In this document: piece after piece, positions 10,283 through 20,432 of the stretch | Position numbering within the stretch: position 1 is the first letter of the stretch | Layout of the letters: each line of letters starts with the position of its first letter | From: Bacteroidota bacterium | GTDB lineage: Bacteria > Bacteroidota > Bacteroidia > CAIKAF01 | Length of the DNA: 64,000 bases | Reading direction: 5' to 3' | NCBI GenBank assembly: GCA_016866335.1 | Contig: VGMT01000011.1 | Location: forward strand, 4,033 to 68,032 | Notes under the pieces: generated by a model | Told to the model about the DNA's origin: nothing | The model's database searches: none | Seen by the model: only the letters and a program-made list of their open reading frames with translations | Made by a program: the position numbers and the translations under genes

Positions 10283-10429
10283 GCCCGCGGCAGGGATTGA
10301 AAGGGCTACCCCGCAAAGGTGCCGAAGCCTTGCCCGCTAGGTGCGGAGGCGACGTTAGGAGCCCCCGCAAACCAGCTGGGCCAGCCTTTCGGCAACTGCG
10401 GAGTAGCCCAGAAAGCCCGTAGCCGCCCC
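10283..10429 (+). repeat. Rod-like structured repeat, copy A (extended Flavo-1-like; possible ncRNA)
   Basis: Termini GCGGCAGGGATTG...AAAGCCCGTAGCCGCCC; nested stems GGGCTAC/GTAGCCC, CCGCA/TGCGG, TGCCGAA/TTCGGCA, GCGG/CCGC. Confidence 0.8.
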
Positions 10430-10457
10430 AGAAATCCCCAAAACCGATTAAATCGCT

Positions 10458-11222
10458 TTAATCTGCCAACTCAAGCAGCGTAGGGCAGTGGTCCGAATGT
10501 ACTGCGTTTTGCAGCAGTCCAGCCGACCTGAGCTTGGGCCTGAGCGACTCAGAAACAAACTGATAATCAATCCTCCAGCCTTTGTTGTTCGCTCGGGCAT
10601 TGGCCCGAAAACTCCACCAAGAATACTGCTGCAAGTCCGGATTCAGCGCCCGAAAACCATCTATCCAGCCTTCGGCCAAAAAGGCATCTACCCAGGCGCG
10701 CTCCTCGGGCAAAAATCCCGTACTGTTCTTGTTCGAAACCGGGTTGTGAATGTCGATTTCCCTATGGCAAATGTTTACATCGCCGGCAATAAGCACCTCA
10801 GGCCGCTGCTGTAAAAGACCCGAAGCCCATTGCCGAAAGTCCTCTAAAAACAGGTATTTCACGTCCTGCCGCTCCTCGCCCGAGGTCCCACTTGGAAAAT
10901 ACGCACTCACCACCGTACGGCCTCCAAAATCGGAACGAATTACCCGTCCCTCGGCATCGTGCTGGGCAATTCCCATTCCGCAAACAACTTGGTCAGCCGG
11001 CATTTTCGATAAAATCCCCACGCCGCTGTAGCCCTTTTTTTGAGCAGGATTCAGGTAAATGTGGTAGCCCATTTCCTTTAGGGGTGTCCAATCCACTTGA
11101 TCTTCCATGGCTTTTAGCTCTTGCAGGCAAAGTACATCCGGGTTTTCAGTGCGGAGCCACTGTAGCAAGCCTTTGTTGATGGCCGAGCGGATTCCGTTCA
11201 GGTTGTAGGAGATGATTTTCAT
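10458..11222 (-). CDS. xth: Exodeoxyribonuclease III
   Basis: SYNLNGIR, LQELK, GYSGV, EGR, GDVNICH, GWRIDY, SDHCP. Confidence 0.95.
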   Translation of the reverse strand: MKIISYNLNGIRSAINKGLLQWLRTENPDVLCLQELKAMEDQVDWTPLKEMGYHIYLNPAQKKGYSGVGILSKMPADQVVCGMGIAQHDAEGRVIRSDFGGRTVVSAYFPSGTSGEERQDVKYLFLEDFRQWASGLLQQRPEVLIAGDVNICHREIDIHNPVSNKNSTGFLPEERAWVDAFLAEGWIDGFRALNPDLQQYSWWSFRANARANNKGWRIDYQFVSESLRPKLRSAGLLQNAVHSDHCPTLLELAD

Positions 11223-11230
11223 AGGAATGC

Positions 11231-11256
11231 AAAAAAAAGGCGCCCGAAGGCGCCTT
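11231..11256 (-). terminator. Intrinsic terminator after rpsF-rpsR-rplI
   Basis: Minus strand GGCGCC-TTCG-GGCGCC followed by T8. Confidence 0.85.
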
Positions 11257-11272
11257 GAAATTCAAGTTTTTG

Positions 11273-11722
11273 TTATTCAGCAACCACCTCAAAGTCGAAT
11301 TCCACACTTACTTCCTTGTGAAGCAAGGCGCTGGCACGGTAGGTGCCAATGGTGCGGATGTTGTCTTCTTTGATTTTCAGCTGACGGCGTTCAACCGAGT
11401 AACCGGCTTTCACCAACGCGTCGGCCAACATAATGGTGTTGATGGAACCGAAAATTTTCTCGGAATCGCTGCCCACTTTGGCTCCAACCTTCACGTTCGA
11501 TTCGGTCAAACGCGCTGCCAAATCTTTGGCTTCGGTCAAAATACGCTCAGCTTTATGGGATTGCTGCCGCATGTTTTCGGCATGCACTTTCCGGGCCGAT
11601 TCGGTAGCCATAACGGCCAAACCATTCGGAATCAAATAATTTCGAGCATAACCTGGGCGAACCTTAACGATTTCGTTGACATAGCCAACGTGCTCAACGT
11701 CTTTTTTCAATATGATTTCCAT
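11273..11722 (-). CDS. rplI: 50S ribosomal protein L9
   Basis: VKVRPGYARNYLIP, KIFGSI; follows rpsF-rpsR. Confidence 0.97.
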   Translation of the reverse strand: MEIILKKDVEHVGYVNEIVKVRPGYARNYLIPNGLAVMATESARKVHAENMRQQSHKAERILTEAKDLAARLTESNVKVGAKVGSDSEKIFGSINTIMLADALVKAGYSVERRQLKIKEDNIRTIGTYRASALLHKEVSVEFDFEVVAE

Positions 11723-11728
11723 GGCTTC

Positions 11729-12025
11729 TTATTTTAAAAGGTCAGCAACGTAAGGCATAAGAGCCATGTGTCGAGAGCGTTTAACGGCCTGAGCCACTTT
11801 GCGCTGGTATTTAACTGAGGTTCCGGTAATGCGGCGGGGCAGCAATTTGCCCTGTTCGTTTACCAAACGCAGTAAAAAATCGGGGTCTTTGTAATCGATA
11901 TACTTAATGCCCAATTTTTTGAAGCGGCAATATTTAGAATTGCTGACTTCGATGGGTGGGGGAGTCAAATAGCGTATTTCGCTTTGGTTTCCCTCTTTTT
12001 GATTAACGTCAATGTTGGTGCTCAT
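11729..12025 (-). CDS. rpsR: 30S ribosomal protein S18
   Basis: [29 protein letters not shown]; Bacteroidota-type EIRYLTP N-terminus. Confidence 0.97.
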   Translation of the reverse strand: MSTNIDVNQKEGNQSEIRYLTPPPIEVSNSKYCRFKKLGIKYIDYKDPDFLLRLVNEQGKLLPRRITGTSVKYQRKVAQAVKRSRHMALMPYVADLLK

Positions 12026-12036
12026 GGTGCTGCAAA

Positions 12037-12375
12037 TTAAGATTTACCTGAAAGTTTAGTCCGACGCTTCTCGCTGTAGGCAATGGCATGCTTGTCCTGA
12101 CGGAATGTGCCAAAGCGAATAATGCGTTCGTCGCGGCGATACGTTAATTCCAACTGGTCGATAAAAGCCGGATCGGCCTTAAATTCAAACAATTGATAAA
12201 ACCCGGTCGACTTCTTTTGGATCGGGTAAGCTAATTTGCGTAGGCCCCAGGATTCGTCATTGATGACTTCACAACCGTTGTCTTTCAGCAAAGTTCTGTA
12301 GCGATCAACGGCCTCCCGAAGCTGCTCATCGCTTAACACAGGGGTTAGGATGAACATCGATTCGTACTGATTCAT
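12037..12375 (-). CDS. rpsF: 30S ribosomal protein S6
   Basis: [22 protein letters not shown]. Confidence 0.97.
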   Translation of the reverse strand: MNQYESMFILTPVLSDEQLREAVDRYRTLLKDNGCEVINDESWGLRKLAYPIQKKSTGFYQLFEFKADPAFIDQLELTYRRDERIIRFGTFRQDKHAIAYSEKRRTKLSGKS

Positions 12376-12407
12376 GAAAATGTGTTTTTCCGTTTAAAAT
12401 TGGACGG

Positions 12408-12415
12408 CAAAGTTA
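12408..12415 (-). promoter_or_regulatory. -7 promoter element (TAACTTTG) of the rpsF operon
   Basis: Exact TAnnTTTG about 30 nt upstream of the rpsF ATG. Confidence 0.7.
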
Positions 12416-12469
12416 GTGTTTAAAGTTGAATAATGCAAGGCGCTTGGATTTTGGTTGACTGAAGGGGTA

Positions 12470-12612
12470 TTTGGGCGGCTGCGGGCTTTCCACTGTAGCT
12501 CACTTGCCGGCAGGGGCAGGGGCTTCGTGCGGGCGGGGCTTCCTCTGGTCGCCGCGCCCGCTCGGCCCCTGCGCCTGCCGTCTTCGCTCACTGCCGTTGC
12601 AATCCCTGCCGC
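12470..12612 (-). repeat. Rod-like structured repeat, copy B (141/143 identical to copy C)
   Basis: Direct comparison with 25281..25423 shows 2 mismatches; stems CGGCAGG/CCTGCCG, GCAGGGGC/GCCCCTGC, GCGGGC/GCCCGC. Confidence 0.92.
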
Positions 12613-12686
12613 AATCCTCAAGGCCTAACTCTTAAACATGTACACAACAACTTGGGGGTGATTGAAATATTGTTTTTCCTTCAGCG

Positions 12687-12707
12687 TTGTGGTATTAAAT
12701 ACAATAA
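12687..12707. promoter_or_regulatory. Putative NrtR-family operator upstream of the GH3 gene
   Basis: TTGTGGTATTAAATACAATAA, a 21-bp imperfect palindrome with a GT-N7-AC core. Confidence 0.65.
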
Positions 12708-12749
12708 GTATTTGTACCTTTCGGGACCGATAACCACAAAGTTACAAAA

Positions 12750-15077
12750 ATGTCCATACACCAATCCGAACGGTCTCTTTTTGTTTTTTGTTTATTGCTC
12801 TTGCTGTTTTGTGTAAAGCCTTCTAAAATGCCTGCTCAGATGAACTGGACCGAAATTGATGTTCAGGCTGAAGCGATTTTAAAAACCATGTCGTTAAAAC
12901 AAAAAGTAGGGCAGACCTGCCAGATCACGGTAGAGGGTATTCTGAGATTTAATCCCGATGGCACTTTGCCTTTGCCTCTTCAAGTGAATGGTGAAGAGTT
13001 GAGTGAGGCTGTGCAAACGTATAAAGTGGGTAGCATTCTCAATGCTCCTGGCCGGGCCCTTCCACGAACTGAATGGCTGAAACTCATTCAAGCCATTCAT
13101 GCACCCTATGTTAAAAAGGAAATTGATATTCCTATACTATATGGTGTGGATGCCATTCACGGGGCTAATTATGTATTAGGAGCTACCTTATTTCCACAGG
13201 AAATTGGATTGGCAGCCACGTTTAATGTTGATTTGGCGCGGCAATTTGGAGAAGTCACTGCCGTGGAAACCCGTTCTTCGGGTGTTCCTTGGAATTTTTC
13301 ACCGGTATTGGATTTGGGACGGCAACCGCTATGGTCTCGTTTTTTTGAAACCCTAGGTGAAGATCCTAAACTGGCATCTGTGTTGGGTGCTTCTATTGTT
13401 AAAGGATATCAAGGTGATTTGAACCAATCTAAATTGGGTCCCGACCGGGTCCTAGCTTGCATGAAGCATTTTGTGGGCTACAGCGCTTCTGCTTCTGGCC
13501 GCGACCGTACACCCGCTATTGTTTCGCCCCGAGATTTGACGGAATTATACCTGGTACCTTTTAAGTCAGCTGTTGAAGCAGGAGCTCTAACTGTTATGAT
13601 CAATAGTGCTTCTCTGAACGGTATGCCGGGTCACATCAATTCTCATTTAATTACGGATGTATTGAAAAATAAGTGGGGTTTTAAGGGTTTCGCTGTTACC
13701 GATTGGGAAGATATCCTATTTCTGGACCGTGTTCATCAGGTGGCGGCTTCACACAAAGATGCCATCGCTATGGCAATCAATGCCGGAATTGATTTGAGTA
13801 TGGTTCCCTTAAATCCTCAATACAAAGAATACTGCCGATTGTTGGAAGAATTGGTGCTGGAAGGAGGTGTGCCAATGGCGCGCCTTGACGATGCGGTGAA
13901 ACGCATTTTACGGGTAAAATTGGCAGCAGGTTTGTTTGATGTACCTAGCAAAAAAAACAAAACAGTTCCAATCACACTGCAGTCTGAGTCAGCTGTTTTA
14001 GCTGCAAAACAAGCGGTTTCAGAGTCGTTAACCTTATTGAAAAATGAACATTCGGTTCTGCCGCTTAAACCTAATTCTTCAATTCTAGTTTTGGGGCAAG
14101 CAGCTGCCGACCGCCGATTCTGGAATGGAGCCTGGACACACACGTGGCAAGGGAGAGATTCCAGTTATTTTTCAACGGATATTTCCCTGTTGAAGGAATG
14201 GCAACAGCGGGCCCAAACGCAGCAAGGCAAGGTTGATTACCTTGTTGGTAGTTCTTGGTCAGAAAGCACCGGTATACCCAACGAGGGGGCTGGGTTAACC
14301 CCTCAAAATCAAAAATCGATTGAATCGGCCGATGTGTGTGTGGTGTTCGTTTCAGAATGGCCAGGAACCGAAAAACCAGGCGATGAGGAAAATCCGTTTG
14401 TAACCCAAAATCAAATGGACTTGGTCCATGAACTTAAGGCTGCAGGTAAACGGGTTGTTGTGGTGCTAATGTTAGGTCGCCCTAAATTGCTGGGTAGTAT
14501 TCTTGACGATGCAGATGCTATTGTTCACGCCTATTTGCCGGGTGAACATTTTACCCAACCTTTTCTAGATAAGATATATGGATCTGCTGATTTTTCAGGC
14601 CGACTCCCATTTACTTATCCTAGGTATCCGGGCCGGTGGGAGCATTACGACCATGCCAACAGCGAAACCATCGCCAAAGACAATTCTGGGAATGGATACA
14701 ATCCGCTCTTTGATTTTGGTTTCGGCCTTTCCTACGCTACCTGGTCGGTCGATGCCAGTTCAATTTCGGCAGATACGCTAAGGTCTGCCGATACGGTATG
14801 GCTTGAAGTGCGCTTGCGGCACAATGCCGACCGACCATGCCAAGTGACAGTGCCGGTTTTTGGTAGCAGAAGAAATCTGCCCATTGCTCAACGGGGAAAA
14901 TACCTGATTGACTTTCAAAAGAAATGGGTGCCACAGGGAAATTCTGCGCTCTTCCGCTTTCCTCTTTCGGTTTCTCAATTTGAATTTTCAGATTACAACG
15001 GAAATTGGACTCAGGCTCGTGGCCCAATTCGCCTGGATGTGTTCAATTCCACTCTAAACGTTTACCTAGAACCCTAA
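12750..15077 (+). CDS. Glycoside hydrolase family 3 beta-glucosidase, exported
   Basis: YGVDAIHG, WSRFFETLGEDP, MKHF, nucleophile VTDWED, SGRLPFTYP, FGFGLSY; signal peptide. Confidence 0.93.
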   Translation: MSIHQSERSLFVFCLLLLLFCVKPSKMPAQMNWTEIDVQAEAILKTMSLKQKVGQTCQITVEGILRFNPDGTLPLPLQVNGEELSEAVQTYKVGSILNAPGRALPRTEWLKLIQAIHAPYVKKEIDIPILYGVDAIHGANYVLGATLFPQEIGLAATFNVDLARQFGEVTAVETRSSGVPWNFSPVLDLGRQPLWSRFFETLGEDPKLASVLGASIVKGYQGDLNQSKLGPDRVLACMKHFVGYSASASGRDRTPAIVSPRDLTELYLVPFKSAVEAGALTVMINSASLNGMPGHINSHLITDVLKNKWGFKGFAVTDWEDILFLDRVHQVAASHKDAIAMAINAGIDLSMVPLNPQYKEYCRLLEELVLEGGVPMARLDDAVKRILRVKLAAGLFDVPSKKNKTVPITLQSESAVLAAKQAVSESLTLLKNEHSVLPLKPNSSILVLGQAAADRRFWNGAWTHTWQGRDSSYFSTDISLLKEWQQRAQTQQGKVDYLVGSSWSESTGIPNEGAGLTPQNQKSIESADVCVVFVSEWPGTEKPGDEENPFVTQNQMDLVHELKAAGKRVVVVLMLGRPKLLGSILDDADAIVHAYLPGEHFTQPFLDKIYGSADFSGRLPFTYPRYPGRWEHYDHANSETIAKDNSGNGYNPLFDFGFGLSYATWSVDASSISADTLRSADTVWLEVRLRHNADRPCQVTVPVFGSRRNLPIAQRGKYLIDFQKKWVPQGNSALFRFPLSVSQFEFSDYNGNWTQARGPIRLDVFNSTLNVYLEP

Positions 15078-15086
15078 ACAACTGTT

Positions 15087-15791
15087 ATGGTCTATAAAAT
15101 TAAATTTGACCAGTTCTTTTCCTACTCCTTTTCCATGGACTGCCTGATTTTTGGCTTCTCCAATGGAAAAATTCATATCCTACTGGTAAAACGCGCAATG
15201 GAACCTTACGGAGGATATTGGGCAATTCCTGGAGATTTAGTGTATCCAGACGAAGATTTACCCAATGCTGCAGAACGTATTCTGGAAGAACTTACCGAAC
15301 TTAAGAATGTGGCCCTGCGCCAAGGTGGCGTTTTCGGAAAGCCCAACAGGCATCCTCAAGGCCGGGTCATAACCAATGCCTATCTGGCTATGGTTCGCAT
15401 GAATGAAACCAACCCTCAACCTTCATCTTGGGTGGAGGAATTGCGTTGGGTTCCTGTTGATGAAGTAGAAATGCTCGCCTTTGATCACAATGAAATTTTA
15501 ACGGCAACTTACCAGCGCCTTAAAGAGCGTTTTATCCATGAACCCATTTGTTTTGATATGCTGCCCTTGAAGTTTACACTAAATGAACTTCAACAACTCT
15601 ATGAATATGCCTTTGGTATTTGCATCGATAAACCAAATTTTAGAAAACGGATTAAAAATCTGCCATTGATCGAGCTGAAGGAGCGTCAGGAAAATGTAAA
15701 GCACCGACCCGCAACCCTGTATTCCTTTGATTGGGAAAAATACAAGAGCCTGGTAAGTGAGGGCCACTTTGAATTCAATATGTGGCTGTAA
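15087..15791 (+). CDS. NrtR-family transcriptional regulator (degenerate Nudix plus winged HTH)
   Basis: Nudix box eroded (RILEELTEL), LAFDHNEI, C-terminal FTLNELQQLYE...DKPNFRKRI...RPATLY. Confidence 0.88.
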   Translation: MVYKIKFDQFFSYSFSMDCLIFGFSNGKIHILLVKRAMEPYGGYWAIPGDLVYPDEDLPNAAERILEELTELKNVALRQGGVFGKPNRHPQGRVITNAYLAMVRMNETNPQPSSWVEELRWVPVDEVEMLAFDHNEILTATYQRLKERFIHEPICFDMLPLKFTLNELQQLYEYAFGICIDKPNFRKRIKNLPLIELKERQENVKHRPATLYSFDWEKYKSLVSEGHFEFNMWL

Positions 15792-15825
15792 GGCCATTTT
15801 AATGGAAAATTAGTCAAAGTTTAAC

Positions 15826-15846
15826 TTATTGTAAAAAATACTATAT
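15826..15846. promoter_or_regulatory. Putative NrtR-family operator overlapping the susC -7 element (TATATTTG, 15842-15849)
   Basis: TTATTGTAAAAAATACTATAT, GT-N7-AC core. Confidence 0.65.
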
Positions 15847-15866
15847 TTGACTTCTAATCTTTAGGT

Positions 15867-18800
15867 ATGATTCGTTTTCTACTGATTCCTTTATCGTTTC
15901 TCCTTTCATTGGTTTTCAACCTTTCTGCCCAGGTTGTTAAAGGTTTGGTGAGCGATTCCAAGGGGCAACCCATCCCATTTGTCAATGTGTTATCTAAGGG
16001 TAGTGGCTCGGGGACTCAAACAGATTTAAACGGTATTTTCCAATTGAGTGTTTTAGATTCTTTGGGTTCTACCCTTGAGTTTAGTGCAATTGGGTTTAAA
16101 AGGCAGTTTATGCCTGTTGGCGGTTCTGAGTTTGTAAAAGTGACTCTTCTAGATGATGTTCAGCGCTTGTCTGAATATCAGATGGTAGGGTATGGAACTT
16201 CCTCTCGCAAGGAAATGACAGCCGCATCTAGCCAAGTAGAAGGGGAAGATATAACCAAATTGAATGTTTCGCGGATGGATCAGGCCCTCCAAGGCCAAAT
16301 GGCCGGAGTAAGCGTAACCACAAATTCAGGGAGTCCTGGAGGGTCTTCAAGCATTCGGATACGTGGCTTATCCACCTTTGGCGACAACGATCCCTTAATT
16401 TTGGTCGATGGTGTTGTGTATGATTCTGAAGGTTTAAATGCATTGAATCCCTCTGATATAGAGTCGGTGCAGGTTTTGAAGGATGCATCGGCCGGTATTT
16501 ATGGCGTTAGGGCAGCCAATGGGGTTATTTTGGTAACCACTAAGCAAGGTAAAAAAGGTGCTCCTATGCGCATCACGTATGATGGGTATGCTGGAATTCA
16601 ACAGACTGCTCGTCAATTAAATTTGTTGAATGCTCAGGAATACGCTGTAATAAAAAACGAAATGTTTGCTATGGGCGGACAACCTCTGCCCTTTAACAAT
16701 ACCAATGTAGGTGTTGGTACGCCTTGGCAAGACAGCGTATTTTCCTCGGCTCCCATTCAATCGCATCAACTGGGAATTCAGGGAGGTTCCGAAAAGTCCA
16801 CCTATTCTATGGGTTTGGGTTATTTTAGTCAAGATGGTATTGTAGGCGGAAATAAATCCCACTTTTCAAGATACAATGGGCGGTTGAATTTTACCCATGT
16901 GCTTTCAAAGCGCGTACGATTCAATTCTGTTTTGTTGTTTTCAAGTGAATTCCGCCGAACCCTACCTGAAAATGGAATAGGTTCCGTATTGTACAATACA
17001 ATTAATGCCTTTCCTACGGCTCCCGTTCGTCAACCCGATGGTCGTTTTTCTTACTTGGAAGAAGTGAACGACATTATCAATCCCATTGCTCAAATTCAAA
17101 ATCAATACAATGGAGTTCAAACCATGAAATGGGTTGGTAAAGAAGAAGTTGAAATCGATATCTTTAAAGGATTAACCTTTACCAATCGCTTTAATTTTAA
17201 TTACGCAACGCTTCAAAATAAGGTGTTCTCCCCTTTGGTGTGGTATGGGCAAGGTAAATTTGCGAATACAGCCATCAATGAGCAATTGGAATCGCCTATG
17301 GTGGCTATTGCCGATAGTTTTATGGTGGAACGGGGAGCTGCAGTATATGAAGAAAATACTTCATTTCTTGATCTATCCTACGAAGGGTTCATGAACTATG
17401 AGGCTACTGTGGCTGAGCACCATAGATTGAAGGGTTTGATTGGATTTTCGTTGTTTGAGCGGAAAGGGGAGTCGCTATCGGGCATTGGCTATGGAATTCC
17501 CAACAATTCTTTAGAATTTGCTGACATCTCAGCGAATACCGCCGCCGGAGGTTTTTTGAACAATACCTTCAGTTGGGAATTTACAGAACGCTTGTTGTCT
17601 TACTTTGGTCGGATAGAATATGCCTACAAGGAAAAGTATATGGTTTCGGCTTTGTTGCGGCGCGATGGCAGCAGTAAATTTGGTCCGAATAACCGATATG
17701 GTTGGTTCCCTACCATTGCCGGAGCTTGGGTAATATCAGACGAAGGTTTTTACTCCAGTTCATTCATTGATTATTTGAAGTTACGTAGCAGTATAGGCTT
17801 ATCTGGGAACGATCAAATTCCCAATTTTGCCTATCGTGCTTTGTTAAACGGAGAAGGGGTTTACGTATTTGATGATGTGATTACTTCTGGAGTGGCAATT
17901 GGTACTGCTGCCAATCCAGACTTAAAATGGGAATCTACACTGCAAATAAATGTTGGTGTTGATTTTTCATTGTTCAACTCCATTCAATTGTCATTGGATG
18001 TGTACGAAAAACGGACATCCAATTTGTTGTTTCAGCCCGATGTTTCAGCTTTGATTGGTTCTTATGGTCCGGGAGGATTCCCGCCTGTAATTAATGCTGG
18101 CGATGTATTAAATCGTGGTTTTGAGTTGGAACTGGCCTATCAAACTCCTGTCCGTTCTCCATTCCAATTTTCAGGAAAATACACCTTTGGAATGGTGCAC
18201 AACGAGGTGCTTTCGGTCCCTGTGGGAATTGATTACCTACCGGGAGCAGCCTTTGGGGTAGGTGGCGATGTGGCTACCCGTTTCCAGGTTGGACAGCCTA
18301 TTGGGTATTTTTTTGGATTTGAAACCAACGGTGTTTTTCAATCTCAAGAACAAATTGACAATGCTCCCCAGCAAAACGGTGCTCAGCCCGGTGATTTAAT
18401 TTTTGTAGATCAAAACGGAGATGGGGTCATTAATTTCAATGACGACTCTGACAAGGCCTTTTTGGGTTCCCCCATTCCTGATTTCACTATGGGTTTGATG
18501 CTGAATGCCGGATTTAAGGGGTTTGATTTGTCGGTCAATCTGTATGCGGCAGTAGGGCAGGAGGCCATCCGAAACTACGAGCGCCAACAGCCCTTCGCCA
18601 ACCAGTTGGATTATGTAATTGACCGCTGGGTAGGTCCAGGTTCTACCAACGAGCATCACAGGCTAACTACAGAACCCACTCGAAACGCCATTTTTTCCTC
18701 ATATTTCGTTGAAGATGCCTCTTTTTTACGCATTCGCAACATTCAATTGGGGTACAGCTTACCCACAAAATGGCTTTCAAAACTTAAGATTCAGGGAATT

Positions 18801-18956
18801 CGAATTTATGGGTCGGTAAACAATGCCTTTACCTTTACAGCATATAAAGGGTTTGACCCTGAATTTTCTTCGGCTTCGATTTTGAGCGCTGGAGTTGACA
18901 ATGGTTTTTACCCTCAAGCCCGTTCATTTATGGGCGGTGTTCAAATTAAATTTTAA
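15867..18956 (+). CDS. SusC-like TonB-dependent transporter
   Basis: PLILVDG, LKDASAGIYGVRAANGVILVTTK plug, NPDLKWE, C-terminal YPQARSF...IKF. Confidence 0.96.
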   Translation: MIRFLLIPLSFLLSLVFNLSAQVVKGLVSDSKGQPIPFVNVLSKGSGSGTQTDLNGIFQLSVLDSLGSTLEFSAIGFKRQFMPVGGSEFVKVTLLDDVQRLSEYQMVGYGTSSRKEMTAASSQVEGEDITKLNVSRMDQALQGQMAGVSVTTNSGSPGGSSSIRIRGLSTFGDNDPLILVDGVVYDSEGLNALNPSDIESVQVLKDASAGIYGVRAANGVILVTTKQGKKGAPMRITYDGYAGIQQTARQLNLLNAQEYAVIKNEMFAMGGQPLPFNNTNVGVGTPWQDSVFSSAPIQSHQLGIQGGSEKSTYSMGLGYFSQDGIVGGNKSHFSRYNGRLNFTHVLSKRVRFNSVLLFSSEFRRTLPENGIGSVLYNTINAFPTAPVRQPDGRFSYLEEVNDIINPIAQIQNQYNGVQTMKWVGKEEVEIDIFKGLTFTNRFNFNYATLQNKVFSPLVWYGQGKFANTAINEQLESPMVAIADSFMVERGAAVYEENTSFLDLSYEGFMNYEATVAEHHRLKGLIGFSLFERKGESLSGIGYGIPNNSLEFADISANTAAGGFLNNTFSWEFTERLLSYFGRIEYAYKEKYMVSALLRRDGSSKFGPNNRYGWFPTIAGAWVISDEGFYSSSFIDYLKLRSSIGLSGNDQIPNFAYRALLNGEGVYVFDDVITSGVAIGTAANPDLKWESTLQINVGVDFSLFNSIQLSLDVYEKRTSNLLFQPDVSALIGSYGPGGFPPVINAGDVLNRGFELELAYQTPVRSPFQFSGKYTFGMVHNEVLSVPVGIDYLPGAAFGVGGDVATRFQVGQPIGYFFGFETNGVFQSQEQIDNAPQQNGAQPGDLIFVDQNGDGVINFNDDSDKAFLGSPIPDFTMGLMLNAGFKGFDLSVNLYAAVGQEAIRNYERQQPFANQLDYVIDRWVGPGSTNEHHRLTTEPTRNAIFSSYFVEDASFLRIRNIQLGYSLPTKWLSKLKIQGIRIYGSVNNAFTFTAYKGFDPEFSSASILSAGVDNGFYPQARSFMGGVQIKF

Positions 18957-18960
18957 TCCG

Positions 18961-20421
18961 ATGAAAACGGTTTTACGTATCGCTGCCTTTTTCTGCCTGA
19001 CGCTTCCTTTTTCTTCCTGCGATGATTTCCTAGATGTTAATCCTCCCTATTCACAGGATGCTGAAAATTACTTTAGGACTCCCGAAGATTATCAACGTGC
19101 CCTAGTTGGAGCTTACGATTTATTGCAGGCTTCCTTCTTATCGGTATGGATTGGAGAAATCGCATCGGATAATACCATAGCTGGAGGAGAAAGCTTCAAC
19201 GACACCCAAGGCCTACACCAAATTGATGGTATGCAGCATGGAGCCGTCAATACCGAATTGAGAAATGTTTTTCGTTGGAATTACGCCGGCATTGCCAGGG
19301 TCAATTTTATTATGGAAAACAAAGACAATATTGATTTTCCTGGAAAAGCACAACTTTTGGCTGAGGCACGTTTTTTAAGAGCGTTCTATTATTTCGAGTT
19401 GACTAAATTTTTTGGAGACATTCCACTCATTATTGATGAACGCCTAGGAATCGAAGATGCGGCTAAACGGCCAAGAGTACCTCAGCCCCAAGTTTATGAC
19501 CAAATTGTAGCCGATTTATTGGCGTGCATTCCTGATTTGTCAACAGTAGCTGCGCAAAAGGGAAGAGTAACCAAAGCCGCAGCACAAGCCTTATTGGGTA
19601 AAGCCTATTTGTATCAAAATAAGTATGCGGATGCCTTACCGGTGTTCGAGGAAATTATTCAGTCAGGCCAATTTGCCTTACATCCAAATTATTCGGAATT
19701 GTGGACGTTGGTAAATGAGCAAAATTCGGAAACCATTTTTAGCGTAGAATATTCCGGCTTAGAAGGAGGAAGTTATGGCTGTTTGGTTTGCCTTGAAGGA
19801 AATGCAGGTCCCGGATTTCACGGCATACGGCAGTACACCGGGCCTGTTTATGGCGATGGTAACAGCTACAATTTACCTACCCCAGAATTGTATGCAGCAT
19901 TTTCTCAAATTGACCCAAGGCGAGATGCAACTGTTTTAGATATTGAAGCGTTCATTGCAGCTCAACCGAATCCTTCCGCCATCACCTATGCTGTCGGCGG
20001 TGGCGGTCACACTGGATATTACAACAACAAATACATCAAGCGTCAGGGTGAAATTGGATTGCCCGATAATGATTTGACAAGCCCCCTGAACTACAAGGTA
20101 ATCCGCTATGCCGATGTGCTTTTGATGGCGGCCGAAGCTCATCTGATGACAGGCAATAAACCGCAGGCTCAACAGTATGTAAATCAGGTTCGAAGCCGGG
20201 TACAAATTCCTGGAATTTCCGTAAATTCAATCGATGATATTTTAAAAGAACGAAGATTGGAACTTGCTTGCGAAGGTCACCGCTTTTTTGATTTGGTCCG
20301 TACAGGAAAGGCGGCTGATTTTATCGCTGGGTATGTTCCTTCAAAACATGATTTGTTCCCTATACCCCAAGTTGAAATTGATTTGGCCGGTGGATCATGG
20401 ATGCAAAATCCCGGATATTAA
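18961..20421 (+). CDS. SusD-like glycan-binding lipoprotein
   Basis: Lipobox FSSC-DDFL, EARFLRAFYYF, RYADVLLMAAEA, ERRLELACEGHRFFDLVR, QNPGY. Confidence 0.95.
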   Translation: MKTVLRIAAFFCLTLPFSSCDDFLDVNPPYSQDAENYFRTPEDYQRALVGAYDLLQASFLSVWIGEIASDNTIAGGESFNDTQGLHQIDGMQHGAVNTELRNVFRWNYAGIARVNFIMENKDNIDFPGKAQLLAEARFLRAFYYFELTKFFGDIPLIIDERLGIEDAAKRPRVPQPQVYDQIVADLLACIPDLSTVAAQKGRVTKAAAQALLGKAYLYQNKYADALPVFEEIIQSGQFALHPNYSELWTLVNEQNSETIFSVEYSGLEGGSYGCLVCLEGNAGPGFHGIRQYTGPVYGDGNSYNLPTPELYAAFSQIDPRRDATVLDIEAFIAAQPNPSAITYAVGGGGHTGYYNNKYIKRQGEIGLPDNDLTSPLNYKVIRYADVLLMAAEAHLMTGNKPQAQQYVNQVRSRVQIPGISVNSIDDILKERRLELACEGHRFFDLVRTGKAADFIAGYVPSKHDLFPIPQVEIDLAGGSWMQNPGY

Positions 20422-20432
20422 TTACTTGAATT

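Noticed and set aside
12394-12621. Short ORFs over the GC-rich elements (also 25282..25485, 50772..51002, 56650..56844)
   Set aside because: They arise from stop-poor GC-rich hairpin sequence, differ in frame and strand between copies, and show no protein motifs.
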